The notes: a model not told the origin generated them from the sequence alone. 56,237 bases of DNA from Pseudomonadota bacterium (GCA_031416315.1 JANOTL010000160.1:1-56237), one strand, 5' to 3'; counted from the first letter of the stretch, positions 36,714 to 45,962 are shown. Numbers and translations are program-made.

Positions 36714-37592
36714 ATGGGGCGCGGCGCAGTAGCGATGCTCATGGGCTGTGTGCTCTCCGCCTTGGTCGGGCCCTTGTTCGCCCTGGCGCGTGCGGCTGAT
36801 CCAGCCTTGTCGAGCTTGGCGGCGAGCTGCGTGCGTGTGGCGGCGCAGGTCGTCTTCGTCCTCGTCGTGACGCGGTTCGTCAGCGGCTCGGGCTCCTGGC
36901 GCGGGCTCATCCTCGGCGACGGCCGGCGGCTTCTCTGGATCTGGGGATTTCTCGGCGCGATTTGCGTCGCGAGCTTCTACGCTTCGATGGCGCGCATCGG
37001 CTTCGGCGCCGCTTCGGTGCTCGCCGCGGCCAGCGGCATCCTGATGACGGCGCTGTCGCCTTTCGTCCTGGGGCGCCGGATCGGCCTCGCCGGCTGGCTC
37101 GGCACCGGGGCCGGCCTCGTCGGCGTGGCGCTGCTGAATCCAGGCGTCTCGCTCGCGGGGGGCGACGTGTGGGGGTGGATCTTCGGTCTCGTCTCGGCTA
37201 TGACCGCGGCGCTGGCCTATCTCGCCGTGGCGCGGCTCGGGGAGCAGCAACACACGCTTACCGTGATGAGCTATTGGGCCATCGCCTGCGTTCTCACGCA
37301 CGGCGCTGCGGCAATCGTCGAGGCGCCGCAATTTCCCGCGAGCGCCGCTGGCTGGAGCCTGCTTGCGGTCGGCGGCTTCGCGGCCTGTTTGAGCCAGTAC
37401 CTGATGACGGTCGCGTTCCAGCGCGGCGACACGGCGTGGCTTGCGACCTTGAGCTACGCTGCGCCGGTCGCCAGCATGCTGCTGGACGTCGGCTTCTTCG
37501 CGGCGCGTCCGACCGGGGGCGAATGGGCGGGCGCGGCGCTGATCATCGTGGCGGGCGCCGCGATGCCGCTGATGGCGCGACGTTCCGGCTGA
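36714..37592 (+). CDS. DMT/EamA family transporter
   Basis: 292 aa, about 10 TM in two repeats; LSPFVLGRRIG, SQYLMTVAFQRG, LSYAAPV and PTGGEWAGAALII. Confidence 0.85.
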   Translation: MGRGAVAMLMGCVLSALVGPLFALARAADPALSSLAASCVRVAAQVVFVLVVTRFVSGSGSWRGLILGDGRRLLWIWGFLGAICVASFYASMARIGFGAASVLAAASGILMTALSPFVLGRRIGLAGWLGTGAGLVGVALLNPGVSLAGGDVWGWIFGLVSAMTAALAYLAVARLGEQQHTLTVMSYWAIACVLTHGAAAIVEAPQFPASAAGWSLLAVGGFAACLSQYLMTVAFQRGDTAWLATLSYAAPVASMLLDVGFFAARPTGGEWAGAALIIVAGAAMPLMARRSG

Positions 37593-37666
37593 ATCAGCCG
37601 CTCTTGATCGAAGGGCGGCGAATGCGCTTGTGACGGCGCGTCGTAGCCGTTACGATCGCCTCGCAA

Positions 37667-40240
37667 ATGAAGCTTCGACGGCGATGGAAAGTAAGTAAGG
37701 GCTGGACCTGGCTCTTGCGTCTCGGTGGCGCCTTGGCGGTCAGCTTTCTTTTGCTCTTGGCGACGCTCACCGCCGTCGACGCCCTCAGCCTGCGCATGCC
37801 CGAGCCGGGCGAGGTGGTGGTGACCGAGTACATGCGGCTCCGAAGCGTGGCGACGGGCGCGCCAGCGGCGGCCCGCTGGACCCCGCTCACCGGGATGTCG
37901 GGGGCGATCGTCTGTGCGGTGCTGAAGGCCGAGGATCACCTCTTCTTCCGCCACCGCGCTTTCAACTGGTCCCAACTCGAGAAAGCCGCGCGCCTCGCCT
38001 TGTCCGGAACCGGCTCGATGGGCGGGAGTACCATCACGCAGCAACTTGCGCGAAACCTCTTCCTGTCGCCTGAGCGCTCGATCTGGCGCAAGCTGCGCGA
38101 AGCGGCGCTAGCCGTGGCTCTCGAGGTCCGCTTCTCGAAGCTCGAGCTCCTGGCCTATTACCTGAACGTCATTGAATGGGGCGATGGCATTTGGGGCGCG
38201 GCCGGGGCGGCGCAAGCTTATCTCGGCAAGTCGCCCGACGCCGTCGAGCTCGAGGAGGCATTGCTGCTTGCGAGCTTGATCGCGGCTCCCCGCACGGCCC
38301 CGGCTTCGCAATTGGATCGAATGGGTAAGGTCTATGAGCGCGTGAACCATCAGTTTCTGGTGGCGCGGCTGACGACGATGAAGCGTTGGCGCGAGGCGAG
38401 CGGTTCGTGGGGGGAGATCAGAGCGGCGCTGTCTTCTGGCAAGCCACTCGAGAAAGCGGCCTCTAGGCTCTCCATGAAGGCTCCGGCTGGCATTCCCATT
38501 CAAGCCGTCGGAACGGAGTGCGGACTTCAGTCCGAGATCGCGAATCACCAGCGTTTTCAGAACATGAGCGGGCAGGCGACGGCGCCAGGGGATCCTTCGC
38601 GAACGGCCATTGAGCGCACCCTCCTCACGCCGAGCTTGTTTCCGGTCCGCCTGTCTCACGATCGGACGAAGCTGCTTCTGAAGGAATTTGAGCGCGAGAC
38701 GTTCTCGCTGTTGGTTCGAGACGCGACCACCAGCGAGGTCTTGCACCGTGACGACTCCATGGAGACGCAGCTCTCGCCAGCCTTCAACCCATCCGGAGAC
38801 GCGCTGGTCTTCACGGAATTCGATCCGTCCACGCGCGCGTATTTTCTCTATCTAGCCGACATCGGCAGGCTCGGTCGCTCGAGGCTGCCGGCACCTCCGA
38901 GCCGTAGCGCGCCGCCGATCATTTGGTCGCCGACCGGAGCGAGCCTCGCTTACGCGCGCGTGGACCCTCGTACGCTTCGACGTCAGCTCCACGTTCTGAG
39001 CATTCGCGACGGCATACGGTTGGCGCCCCTTGCGGCGCCGATGTCCTCGACGGGCGGCTTCGCCTGGCATCCGGACGGCGATCGCCTCGCGACCATCGAC
39101 TTCGAGCGACCGGGCAATGTGACGATCTGGTCGGTCGCCGGCGTGCGCCTTGCTGCATTTACGGTGAGCGACGGGCAATGCCGCTCCGTGCATTGGCAGG
39201 GCGACCCGGATGAGATTCTCGTCGCTTGTCGCGACGTTCAGAGCGAATACTTCGTGCTCTACAGCGTGCGGCCGGACGACGGATCGGTCACGCTCAAAGC
39301 GAAGGCGGACGGTGACATCAGTGGGCCGTCCCGCCTTCCGAAGGGGCAAGGATTCACGTACCACGTGACTTACCGCGGCGACACGGTGCCTTGGATCGCG
39401 GATGAGGCAGGACCGCGACGACTCGGCGCTTTCGAGGGGTCGGCGCTCATCGCGAGCATGGACCGACGCACGGCGACGGCGAGCGTCATTCATACCGGTC
39501 GCCTCCTCCCGCCGCGACTGGTCGACGTGGCGTTCGCGACGGGACTGGAATCGCGAGTCGTGTTCGAGAGCGGGCCGAGAGCTAAGCCGGAGCTCGAAGC
39601 CGAAGCCGTCTCGATCCCAGTCAACGGGCTCGAGGTCCCTGGCTTCCTGTGGAAAACCCCGCAGCCACCGCCGGAGCGCGCAGGGATCGTCCTCGTGCAT
39701 GGAGGGCCCGAGGCGTTCGTGGCTCCGGTGTGGGGGCCGAATAAAGTTCTCATCGCCGAGCACGGAGTCGATTTGCTCGCCGTCAACTTTCGCGGCTCCA
39801 CGGGATACGGGCATCGCTTCGAGGCCTCAGGGAAGGTCGCCGAGCAGGTCGAGGACGTCGGCGCGGCGGTCGCTTTTCTGGAGAAGACGCGCGGAATTCC
39901 GCGTTCCAAAATCCTCCTCTTCGCGCATAGTTACGGCGCGATGGTCGTCGCCGAAGCGCTTCACGGTACGCCGGACCTCGCAGGCGCCGCCGCGCTCCTC
40001 GGCTTGGCCGGTGTCCCGCGACTGATGCCGCCGCGCCCTTTTCCGGGGCGCCTGATCGTATTCCACGGGACTGCCGACATCGCTCAGACCTCGGCGCAGG
40101 CGCGCGCGGCGCTTGCCGGCATTTTGCCTCCCGCAGACCGTCTTCTCTGGCGCGACGTCGTGGGCGAAGGCCATACGTTTCACCGCAATGCCTCCCTCGC
40201 CGAAGTTCATGCTGCGATCTTCGCAGCGCTCGGACGCTGA
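37667..40240 (+). CDS. Fusion protein: TM + GT51 monofunctional transglycosylase (MtgA-like) + TolB-like propeller + S9-type serine peptidase
   Basis: GT51: AEDHLFFRH, GGSTITQQLARNLFL, RKLREA, SKLELLAYYLNVIEWG. Propeller: SPAFNPSG, WSPTG, AWHPDG. Peptidase: VHGGP, NFRGSTGYG, AHSYG, HGTAD, GEGHTF. Confidence 0.85.
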   Translation: MKLRRRWKVSKGWTWLLRLGGALAVSFLLLLATLTAVDALSLRMPEPGEVVVTEYMRLRSVATGAPAAARWTPLTGMSGAIVCAVLKAEDHLFFRHRAFNWSQLEKAARLALSGTGSMGGSTITQQLARNLFLSPERSIWRKLREAALAVALEVRFSKLELLAYYLNVIEWGDGIWGAAGAAQAYLGKSPDAVELEEALLLASLIAAPRTAPASQLDRMGKVYERVNHQFLVARLTTMKRWREASGSWGEIRAALSSGKPLEKAASRLSMKAPAGIPIQAVGTECGLQSEIANHQRFQNMSGQATAPGDPSRTAIERTLLTPSLFPVRLSHDRTKLLLKEFERETFSLLVRDATTSEVLHRDDSMETQLSPAFNPSGDALVFTEFDPSTRAYFLYLADIGRLGRSRLPAPPSRSAPPIIWSPTGASLAYARVDPRTLRRQLHVLSIRDGIRLAPLAAPMSSTGGFAWHPDGDRLATIDFERPGNVTIWSVAGVRLAAFTVSDGQCRSVHWQGDPDEILVACRDVQSEYFVLYSVRPDDGSVTLKAKADGDISGPSRLPKGQGFTYHVTYRGDTVPWIADEAGPRRLGAFEGSALIASMDRRTATASVIHTGRLLPPRLVDVAFATGLESRVVFESGPRAKPELEAEAVSIPVNGLEVPGFLWKTPQPPPERAGIVLVHGGPEAFVAPVWGPNKVLIAEHGVDLLAVNFRGSTGYGHRFEASGKVAEQVEDVGAAVAFLEKTRGIPRSKILLFAHSYGAMVVAEALHGTPDLAGAAALLGLAGVPRLMPPRPFPGRLIVFHGTADIAQTSAQARAALAGILPPADRLLWRDVVGEGHTFHRNASLAEVHAAIFAALGR

Positions 40241-40369
40241 CCACCCCAGTGGTTGATCACAACCAAATGAATTTAAAGGATATTTCGAATGAGTGCGCGA
40301 CGGGCGGCGCTTGCCCGCGGCGCCGCGCGCGTGCTAGCCTGCAGCGAAATTCTTCCACAAGGACCGTCC

Positions 40370-42001
40370 ATGGCGATCGACCGGGACCGCGCCGTCGCGC
40401 TGGCGCAAAAAACCGTCCTCCTCGGCGCGGTCGCGGGGCCGGCACTGCTCGCCTCCCGGCAATCCACGCCGTTCATGGGCGCCGCCATCGGCTTTTTCGA
40501 TGTGAAGATCCTTGCTTTCGGCTTAGCCGGGGCGTTCGCGGCGCTGCTTCTGGCTTGGTCGCGACCGACGACCGAGGCGCCGACCGTCCGTCGCACGGAC
40601 CTCGCGCTCTTGGGCTTCATCCTGTTTGGAATGATCGGCTGGGCCTTCGGAGCGCCTCGGCAAGCGTTCCCGACCGAGTGGCTCGCGGGCTTCGCCGGGA
40701 TCGCCTTCATCGCGGGCTTGACGGCGCGAGTGGTCGAGCGACCGAAGGGTGAGGACTTCGTCGTCGGCGTCGTCCTCTTGACAGCCGCCGCCGTGACGCT
40801 CGTCACCTTGTTGGAGGCGGCGGGCTGGCTCGTCGTCCCCGACGTGTCCCGCCGCCCCGTCTCGACGCTCGGGAATCGAAACCTCGTCGCGCTGTACGTC
40901 GCGATCTCGGTGCCGGTTTTGGTCGCGCGGCTTTGCGCTAGGGTGCGCTTGCTCGACGTGGTGCTCCTGGCGGCGATTACGTTGGTGATCATCATTTGCC
41001 GATCGCGCACGGTGTGGATCGCGACCGGAGGGTTCGTGCTTGCGGTCTTTGCGGCCGACGCGTGGCGGCGCTTTCGCGGGCAACCCGTTTTCGCGCCCTT
41101 CGGCGGCCCGGCCCTCGTGTTGGCGCTCGGTCTTGGGCTCACGGTTTACAACGCGGCATCGTGGAGTGGACTGCGCTGGTCCGAAGCCTCGCCCGCCCTA
41201 ACTACACTCGGCCGCATCGTCAGTTTAGACAGCGGCTCAGGCCAAATCCGTATGCAGCAACATCGCGCGGGCTTCACTCTGTGGCGTGAGCATCCCCTCC
41301 TTGGCGTTGGTCCGACCGGCTGGACCGAGGCGGCGCCGCGTGTCCTGACGCCGCCGCCGCTCGACGACCGCGAGTGGTTAGCCCGTATCGTCCCGCCGAA
41401 CTCCGACTTCGTCCGACTCGCGGCCGGCCATGGTCTGCTCGGGCTCCTTGCGTTTGCGGCCATCCTGGTCGCGGTCGTGCGCGCGGGGTGGCGCAGCCGC
41501 ACTATGATGGGCCGGGCCAGCGCCGGCGCGGTGGCGTTGATGACGGTGATGGCTGCGGGGGACACGCTCTTCTTTCGCGCGCCGATGATGGCGCTTCTCG
41601 GCCTGTTCGTCGGCGTGACCCAGACCTCGGCGCCGATGGTGGCCTTGACGCGTTCAGCAGCTCGCATGGCGCGACCGGGGCTCGTCCTCGTAGCCGCGCT
41701 CATGGCCGTCGCTGCCATCCACGTCTATGACGCGTCGCGGGCTCTGCATACGGCCACGACGGTCGTGGCATTTGAAAGGGCGTGGTCGCGAAGACCCATG
41801 CCACTCGAGGGCCTGATGATTTTGCGCTTATTGCCCGTCAACCCGCAGGCCTGTACGGTATCGGCCCCGCTGATGGGCGGGCTGACGAGGTACGTCCCGC
41901 AAGACTTGATCCTGCAGAGAAGAGTCGAAGCCTGCGCAGGGGCCACCGCCGATCAGATGCGCCAGCGGACATTTGCCGGCGATCTCCGAGACGCGCCTTG
42001 A
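40370..42001 (+). CDS. O-antigen ligase-family membrane protein
   Basis: AAGGA RBS before the ATG at 40370; STLGNRN, CRSRTVW, SGQIR...HPLLGVGPTGW and PNSDFVRLAAGHGLLG. Confidence 0.75.
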   Translation: MAIDRDRAVALAQKTVLLGAVAGPALLASRQSTPFMGAAIGFFDVKILAFGLAGAFAALLLAWSRPTTEAPTVRRTDLALLGFILFGMIGWAFGAPRQAFPTEWLAGFAGIAFIAGLTARVVERPKGEDFVVGVVLLTAAAVTLVTLLEAAGWLVVPDVSRRPVSTLGNRNLVALYVAISVPVLVARLCARVRLLDVVLLAAITLVIIICRSRTVWIATGGFVLAVFAADAWRRFRGQPVFAPFGGPALVLALGLGLTVYNAASWSGLRWSEASPALTTLGRIVSLDSGSGQIRMQQHRAGFTLWREHPLLGVGPTGWTEAAPRVLTPPPLDDREWLARIVPPNSDFVRLAAGHGLLGLLAFAAILVAVVRAGWRSRTMMGRASAGAVALMTVMAAGDTLFFRAPMMALLGLFVGVTQTSAPMVALTRSAARMARPGLVLVAALMAVAAIHVYDASRALHTATTVVAFERAWSRRPMPLEGLMILRLLPVNPQACTVSAPLMGGLTRYVPQDLILQRRVEACAGATADQMRQRTFAGDLRDAP

Positions 42002-43161
42002 GGAAAAGGGCTTCCGGGGAGCGATTCGGCTCGATCTGGTGGCGTTGGCCGGCGGTCCTCGTCGCAACTCTGCTTCTGACCGTCACGTTCGTGAAAGCTG
42101 GCGTCGGAGAGGTATTGGCGCGGCGCATCGCTGGTACGAGCGCTCGTGAAGCTCCGGCCTCCATCGGTCTGGCGGCGCCGATGGCGCGCGTTCAAGCGCT
42201 GGCTCGTGTTGCTGCCTTAGAGGCAGGCGTCCCCGCCGCCGTCCTGCTGGCCACGGCTTACGCTGAACGGCGATTGCAGTTGCCGCGCGCGCCGGCCGCC
42301 GGCGCGGGTTGGATCCAACTCTTGCCCTGGCGGCCGACCCGAAGCGCGTTCTCGGTCGCGCCCGTGCTCGGTCTAAGTCGCGACGCGATTTATGCGAAGC
42401 CTGAGCTTGGCCTACGGGCCGCGGCCCAGCTGATCGCCCACCAAGGCGCGTTGCACGGCGCGCATCTCGACGATCCGCTTTCATGGCGCGACGCGCTCGC
42501 GGCATGGAACGGGGCGACCTTCGAAGAATCCGACAGTTTGTATGCCGAAGACATCATGGACATCGTCGCCCACGGCCTCTCCGTCATGAACACGGACGGC
42601 TCTACGGTAGAGACGCGAAGGTCTCCTGACCGCCCCAGAGAGGCGCCCGCGGTCTCAGCCCGGCCCGATGACGTGGTCGGGGACGAGCGCGTGCCCTTCC
42701 TGCGCGGATCCGACGCCGCCGGACTGCCCTTGGCCGTCGAACCGCGGCGGGTGCGGTACGTCGTGATCCACACGATGGAGAATACGTTCGCGACGATCGT
42801 CGATTTTTTTCGGCGGCCGACGACCGGCGTCGCCGCGCATTATCTCGTGCGCGCGCGCGACGGTTTCGCGCTGCAGATGGCCGACGAGCGCGCCGTCGTC
42901 TTCCACGACGCCTGCTTCAACGAGGAATCCATCGGGATCGAGCACGAAGGCTACCTCGCCGACGGGCCGCTGTGGTTCAGCGACGCGATGTACCGAGAGT
43001 CGGCGCGGATCGTGCGTGGGATTGCCTTGCGGCACCACATTCCGTTGGACCGCGAGCACGTCCTGGGCCACAGCGAGGCGCCCGACTGCTCGGAGCATTC
43101 AGATCCTGGGCCGCATTGGGACTGGAAGCGCTACATGCAGTACCTGCGGGAAGACGAATAA
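41998..43161 (+). CDS. N-acetylmuramoyl-L-alanine amidase (Amidase_2) with an N-terminal TM and a lysozyme-like domain
   Basis: Probable TTG start overlapping the upstream stop. Lysozyme-like segment LLATAYAERR...GWIQL...ALAAWNG. Amidase motifs VIHTME, AHYLV, SIGIEHEG, LGHSE and HSDPGPHWDW. Confidence 0.85.
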   Translation: MRKRASGERFGSIWWRWPAVLVATLLLTVTFVKAGVGEVLARRIAGTSAREAPASIGLAAPMARVQALARVAALEAGVPAAVLLATAYAERRLQLPRAPAAGAGWIQLLPWRPTRSAFSVAPVLGLSRDAIYAKPELGLRAAAQLIAHQGALHGAHLDDPLSWRDALAAWNGATFEESDSLYAEDIMDIVAHGLSVMNTDGSTVETRRSPDRPREAPAVSARPDDVVGDERVPFLRGSDAAGLPLAVEPRRVRYVVIHTMENTFATIVDFFRRPTTGVAAHYLVRARDGFALQMADERAVVFHDACFNEESIGIEHEGYLADGPLWFSDAMYRESARIVRGIALRHHIPLDREHVLGHSEAPDCSEHSDPGPHWDWKRYMQYLREDE

Positions 43162-43199
43162 AGCCACTTGCCGAATGACGGATCATCCGGCAAGTGGCT
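43162..43199. terminator. Hairpin between convergent genes
   Basis: AGCCACTTGCCG...CGGCAAGTGGCT 12-bp stem with an inner ATGA/TCAT pair, directly after the amidase stop. Confidence 0.65.
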
Positions 43200-43217
43200 A
43201 ACTTGAGAGCCGACGGA

Positions 43218-43529
43218 TTACTGACTCTCCGCCGTCATCGCATGGTCGCTGCTGTTTGCGATCGAAATGTCCGAAAGGAAGTCGCCCTGCGACGCGCCGG
43301 TGGCTTCCGTGGCCGGAACTAGCGTGGACGCATAGCTCGGATTGGCGGAGACGACGGCCAGTCCAGTAAACACTCCCTTGGTGTCGGTTTGAACACCGGT
43401 CGTGCCATTGACTGATGGGTTGACCGAGAACTTGATTGAGGCGCCAAGGAGCGTATAGGCTCCGGCGGCTCCGGCGGCGGCGACGCATGCCAACCCCGCG
43501 CCGGTCAGCCATTTCATAGCTTGGTTCAT
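43218..43529 (-). CDS. Small exported hypothetical protein (103 aa, Ser/Thr/Gly-rich)
   Basis: GGGAG RBS; hydrophobic N-terminus WLTGAGLACVAAAGAAGA. Confidence 0.6.
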   Translation of the reverse strand: MNQAMKWLTGAGLACVAAAGAAGAYTLLGASIKFSVNPSVNGTTGVQTDTKGVFTGLAVVSANPSYASTLVPATEATGASQGDFLSDISIANSSDHAMTAESQ

Positions 43530-43574
43530 AATATCTCCCTAGTGAGTCCAGTCGACCAAAAGTCTGACGCAGAC

Positions 43575-44018
43575 TTAGTTGATCGTGCCGCTGTAACGCT
43601 GCCAGGTTTTGCCGCCGTGGACGCACGTGTCGTCGCCGGTGGTGGCCATCGCGGTGATGTTCTGGCCGTTGGTCGGGCGGGAGCCGACGACCATGACCTC
43701 GGGAAGACGCGAGGGGGCGCCGCCGGTGGTGTGGGTGAACATCAGCGCGCTCTCGTAGACGGTGCCGGTGAAGCCGGTGACCGCGCCCATCGAGTCGTCG
43801 GTGCAGTCGGAGCTGATCGTGCCCGAAGCCGAGGGTTGGCCGTAGGTGAAGGCGCGGTCATAGGTCGTGTTGACGGTCGTGTTCGTCTGAACCATGAAGT
43901 AGACGGTCGTGAACGTCTCTTCAGGCGTCGCTTGCGCCTTCTGGACGAACTGGGAGGCGGCGAATCCGGTGGCGAAAACGGCGATCGGCGCGACGAACTT
44001 CAGGATGCGATTCTTCAT
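43575..44018 (-). CDS. Secreted hypothetical protein (147 aa, two Cys)
   Basis: AAGGA RBS; signal MKNRILKFVAPIAVFATGFAASQFVQKAQA; strong GC3 codon bias. Confidence 0.78.
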   Translation of the reverse strand: MKNRILKFVAPIAVFATGFAASQFVQKAQATPEETFTTVYFMVQTNTTVNTTYDRAFTYGQPSASGTISSDCTDDSMGAVTGFTGTVYESALMFTHTTGGAPSRLPEVMVVGSRPTNGQNITAMATTGDDTCVHGGKTWQRYSGTIN

Positions 44019-44250
44019 GCATGGTTCCTTCGTCAGAATGGAGATGTCGAGAGATTTCGTTTGGACACAATAGAGCCTGCGCCAAAATGAAGTCAATCTT
44101 CCGACGCAGCTTTCCTTCGCCGAGCTGAAAGCAAGCGCTAATCGGAGGCGACTCGAATCTTTTTCTTCCGAGGGAATTGTGGAACGAGGCACGAGGCGGC
44201 GAACGCCGCCTCGGCTCAGAGGCAATGGCGAGGGGTGCGGCGGGAGACGA

Positions 44251-45804
44251 TCAGTTGGCGCGGATGCAGACGCGGAAGCGTGACCCCGAGTCGTTAGCGG
44301 TCGTGACCGCGCCCGTACGCAAGTCGACGATGGAGTGCTTTGCGCCGCTTCCCGTGCTGGTCCAGAAGGTCGGCGTTTGGCCCGCCGCCGGCGGGTTGCT
44401 GAGATGTGTGAGCGCGGCGTTGGCGCCGGAGACGTCGACGAGCTCTTGCTTCGTCGGGAGACGCCAGCTGCCGGCCGCCGCGCCGCCTTCGGTGAGCGCC
44501 GCGCAATAGGCGCTCGCCGCGTTCCACGTGGTCGAGCTTTGCGCCTGGCTAAAGCTCTTGCCGGTGGCCGAAAGGCCAGCCTTCACGAGCTTGCAGCCCG
44601 TGGTCGAGGTCGTCCACAGCGCGTCGTTCACCTGGCAGAAGCCGACCGGGCCCACGCGCAGCTTGGGCAAGGGCGAGTACACGGCCGTGCTGCCGTCGTC
44701 GAGGCGACCGCATAGGTGAAATTGGCCGGGGCCGCCGACCAACGAGGCGCTCGTGTCCCAAGCGAACGTCGTCGCGCTCTGATCGAGCGCGGTCTCGGTG
44801 AGCCGCGTCCAACCGCTCAGACTGCGGTCGGTGCAACCCGCGTCGCTGCCGCGACGGTAGAAGAGGTCGACGCTCGCGGTCGCCGCGTTGGCGGGACGCG
44901 CGTCCAGAGTCATGGCGACCGTCGCTCCGATCGCGTAGACGCCGGTGCCCGCCGCGGGCACGCCGCCGACGGCGAGGCGAGACTGGCCCGAGGTGTGGGC
45001 GCAGCGGAAGCCGATCGACGCGGTCGGGACGTTGCTCCAGTTGCGGAAAGAGTAGCGACCGGCGTCGGCGCCGGAGCTGTAGGAGCCGCCGCGCGTCACG
45101 GAGAAGCCTTGCACGTTGGCGGAATAGTAGGTGGCATCGTCGATCGCGACCGGGTCGCCGTCGGTCGACGGAAAGCCGAGGGCCGCGGACCAATTGGTGA
45201 TCGGGCGGACCGGGACGCCGCTCGCGCCGACCCAGGTCTTGCCGTCGTAGGCGGATGCCGAGGCGCCGTTCCAGCCAGGCTGGAACGCGGCGTCGATGAC
45301 CGTCGCGGAGACCGTTCCTGAGGTGATGCTCATTTTGACGTCAGTGACCTCGGCGGCGTTGCCGACCATGTCGATCGCGCCGTGCGCGGAGACGCAGGCC
45401 GACGTGGCAGGTCCGGTGACCCTAGCCGCGCCGAGGTTGACGTTGCAGACGCTGGAGTCGGGCGTGCCGTCGGCCGCCGCTTGCCATTCTTGCAGCGTCG
45501 GCAGGCGCAGGCCGCGGCTCGCGCAAGCGCCGCGCGCGTCGATGAACGAGATCGAGGTCAACGGCGTCGCGCCTTCCACGGATTCGACGGCGCCCGCAAC
45601 GAGGCTCGCCTCGTACTTGTCGAGGAAGAAGTCGTAGGGAAGGCCCGACGCGGACGCGGGGACGGGCACCATGCCGGCGGCCGCATTGCCCGTCGGAGCC
45701 GGCGCTTGGCCGGAGGCCGCCGTCGGCGCCAGCACGAGGCAGGAGAACAAGGCACGAGCGATCGCTCGCTGGGAACGACGGGACGAATGCATGGAAACCT
45801 CCAA
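44251..45804 (-). CDS. Secreted protein: FGE-sulfatase-like C-type-lectin-fold domain + Ig-like domain + DUF1566-like domain
   Basis: FLDKYEAS, ARGACASRGLRLPTLQEW, DMVGNAAEVTD, TRGGSY, IGFRCA; C-terminal WNAASAYC, WRLPTKQEL, FWTST, RVCIR. Confidence 0.8.
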   Translation of the reverse strand: MEVSMHSSRRSQRAIARALFSCLVLAPTAASGQAPAPTGNAAAGMVPVPASASGLPYDFFLDKYEASLVAGAVESVEGATPLTSISFIDARGACASRGLRLPTLQEWQAAADGTPDSSVCNVNLGAARVTGPATSACVSAHGAIDMVGNAAEVTDVKMSITSGTVSATVIDAAFQPGWNGASASAYDGKTWVGASGVPVRPITNWSAALGFPSTDGDPVAIDDATYYSANVQGFSVTRGGSYSSGADAGRYSFRNWSNVPTASIGFRCAHTSGQSRLAVGGVPAAGTGVYAIGATVAMTLDARPANAATASVDLFYRRGSDAGCTDRSLSGWTRLTETALDQSATTFAWDTSASLVGGPGQFHLCGRLDDGSTAVYSPLPKLRVGPVGFCQVNDALWTTSTTGCKLVKAGLSATGKSFSQAQSSTTWNAASAYCAALTEGGAAAGSWRLPTKQELVDVSGANAALTHLSNPPAAGQTPTFWTSTGSGAKHSIVDLRTGAVTTANDSGSRFRVCIRAN

Positions 45805-45886
45805 AGGGGGATGGCGGGCCTACTAAACAGGATCGATACAAAGGCATCGGAAGGGGCGCGGCCGACTTGACAGGCGGGCGGCGAAT

Positions 45887-45916
45887 AAAAAAAAGAGGCC
45901 CCGAAGGGCCTCTTTT
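45887..45916 (-). terminator. Rho-independent terminator of the giant adhesin gene
   Basis: On the minus strand AAAAGAGGCCC-TTCG-GGGCCTC followed by T8, about 46 nt after the stop; A/T tracts on both sides. Confidence 0.88.
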
Positions 45917-45962
45917 GATTCGCTGTTCCGTTGCAGGACTTATGGTCCGCAAAGTTCCCTCT

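Noticed and set aside
44251..45960. A complete diversity-generating retroelement
   Set aside because: Lectin-fold domains are present, but no reverse transcriptase, accessory gene or template repeat was seen in the window.
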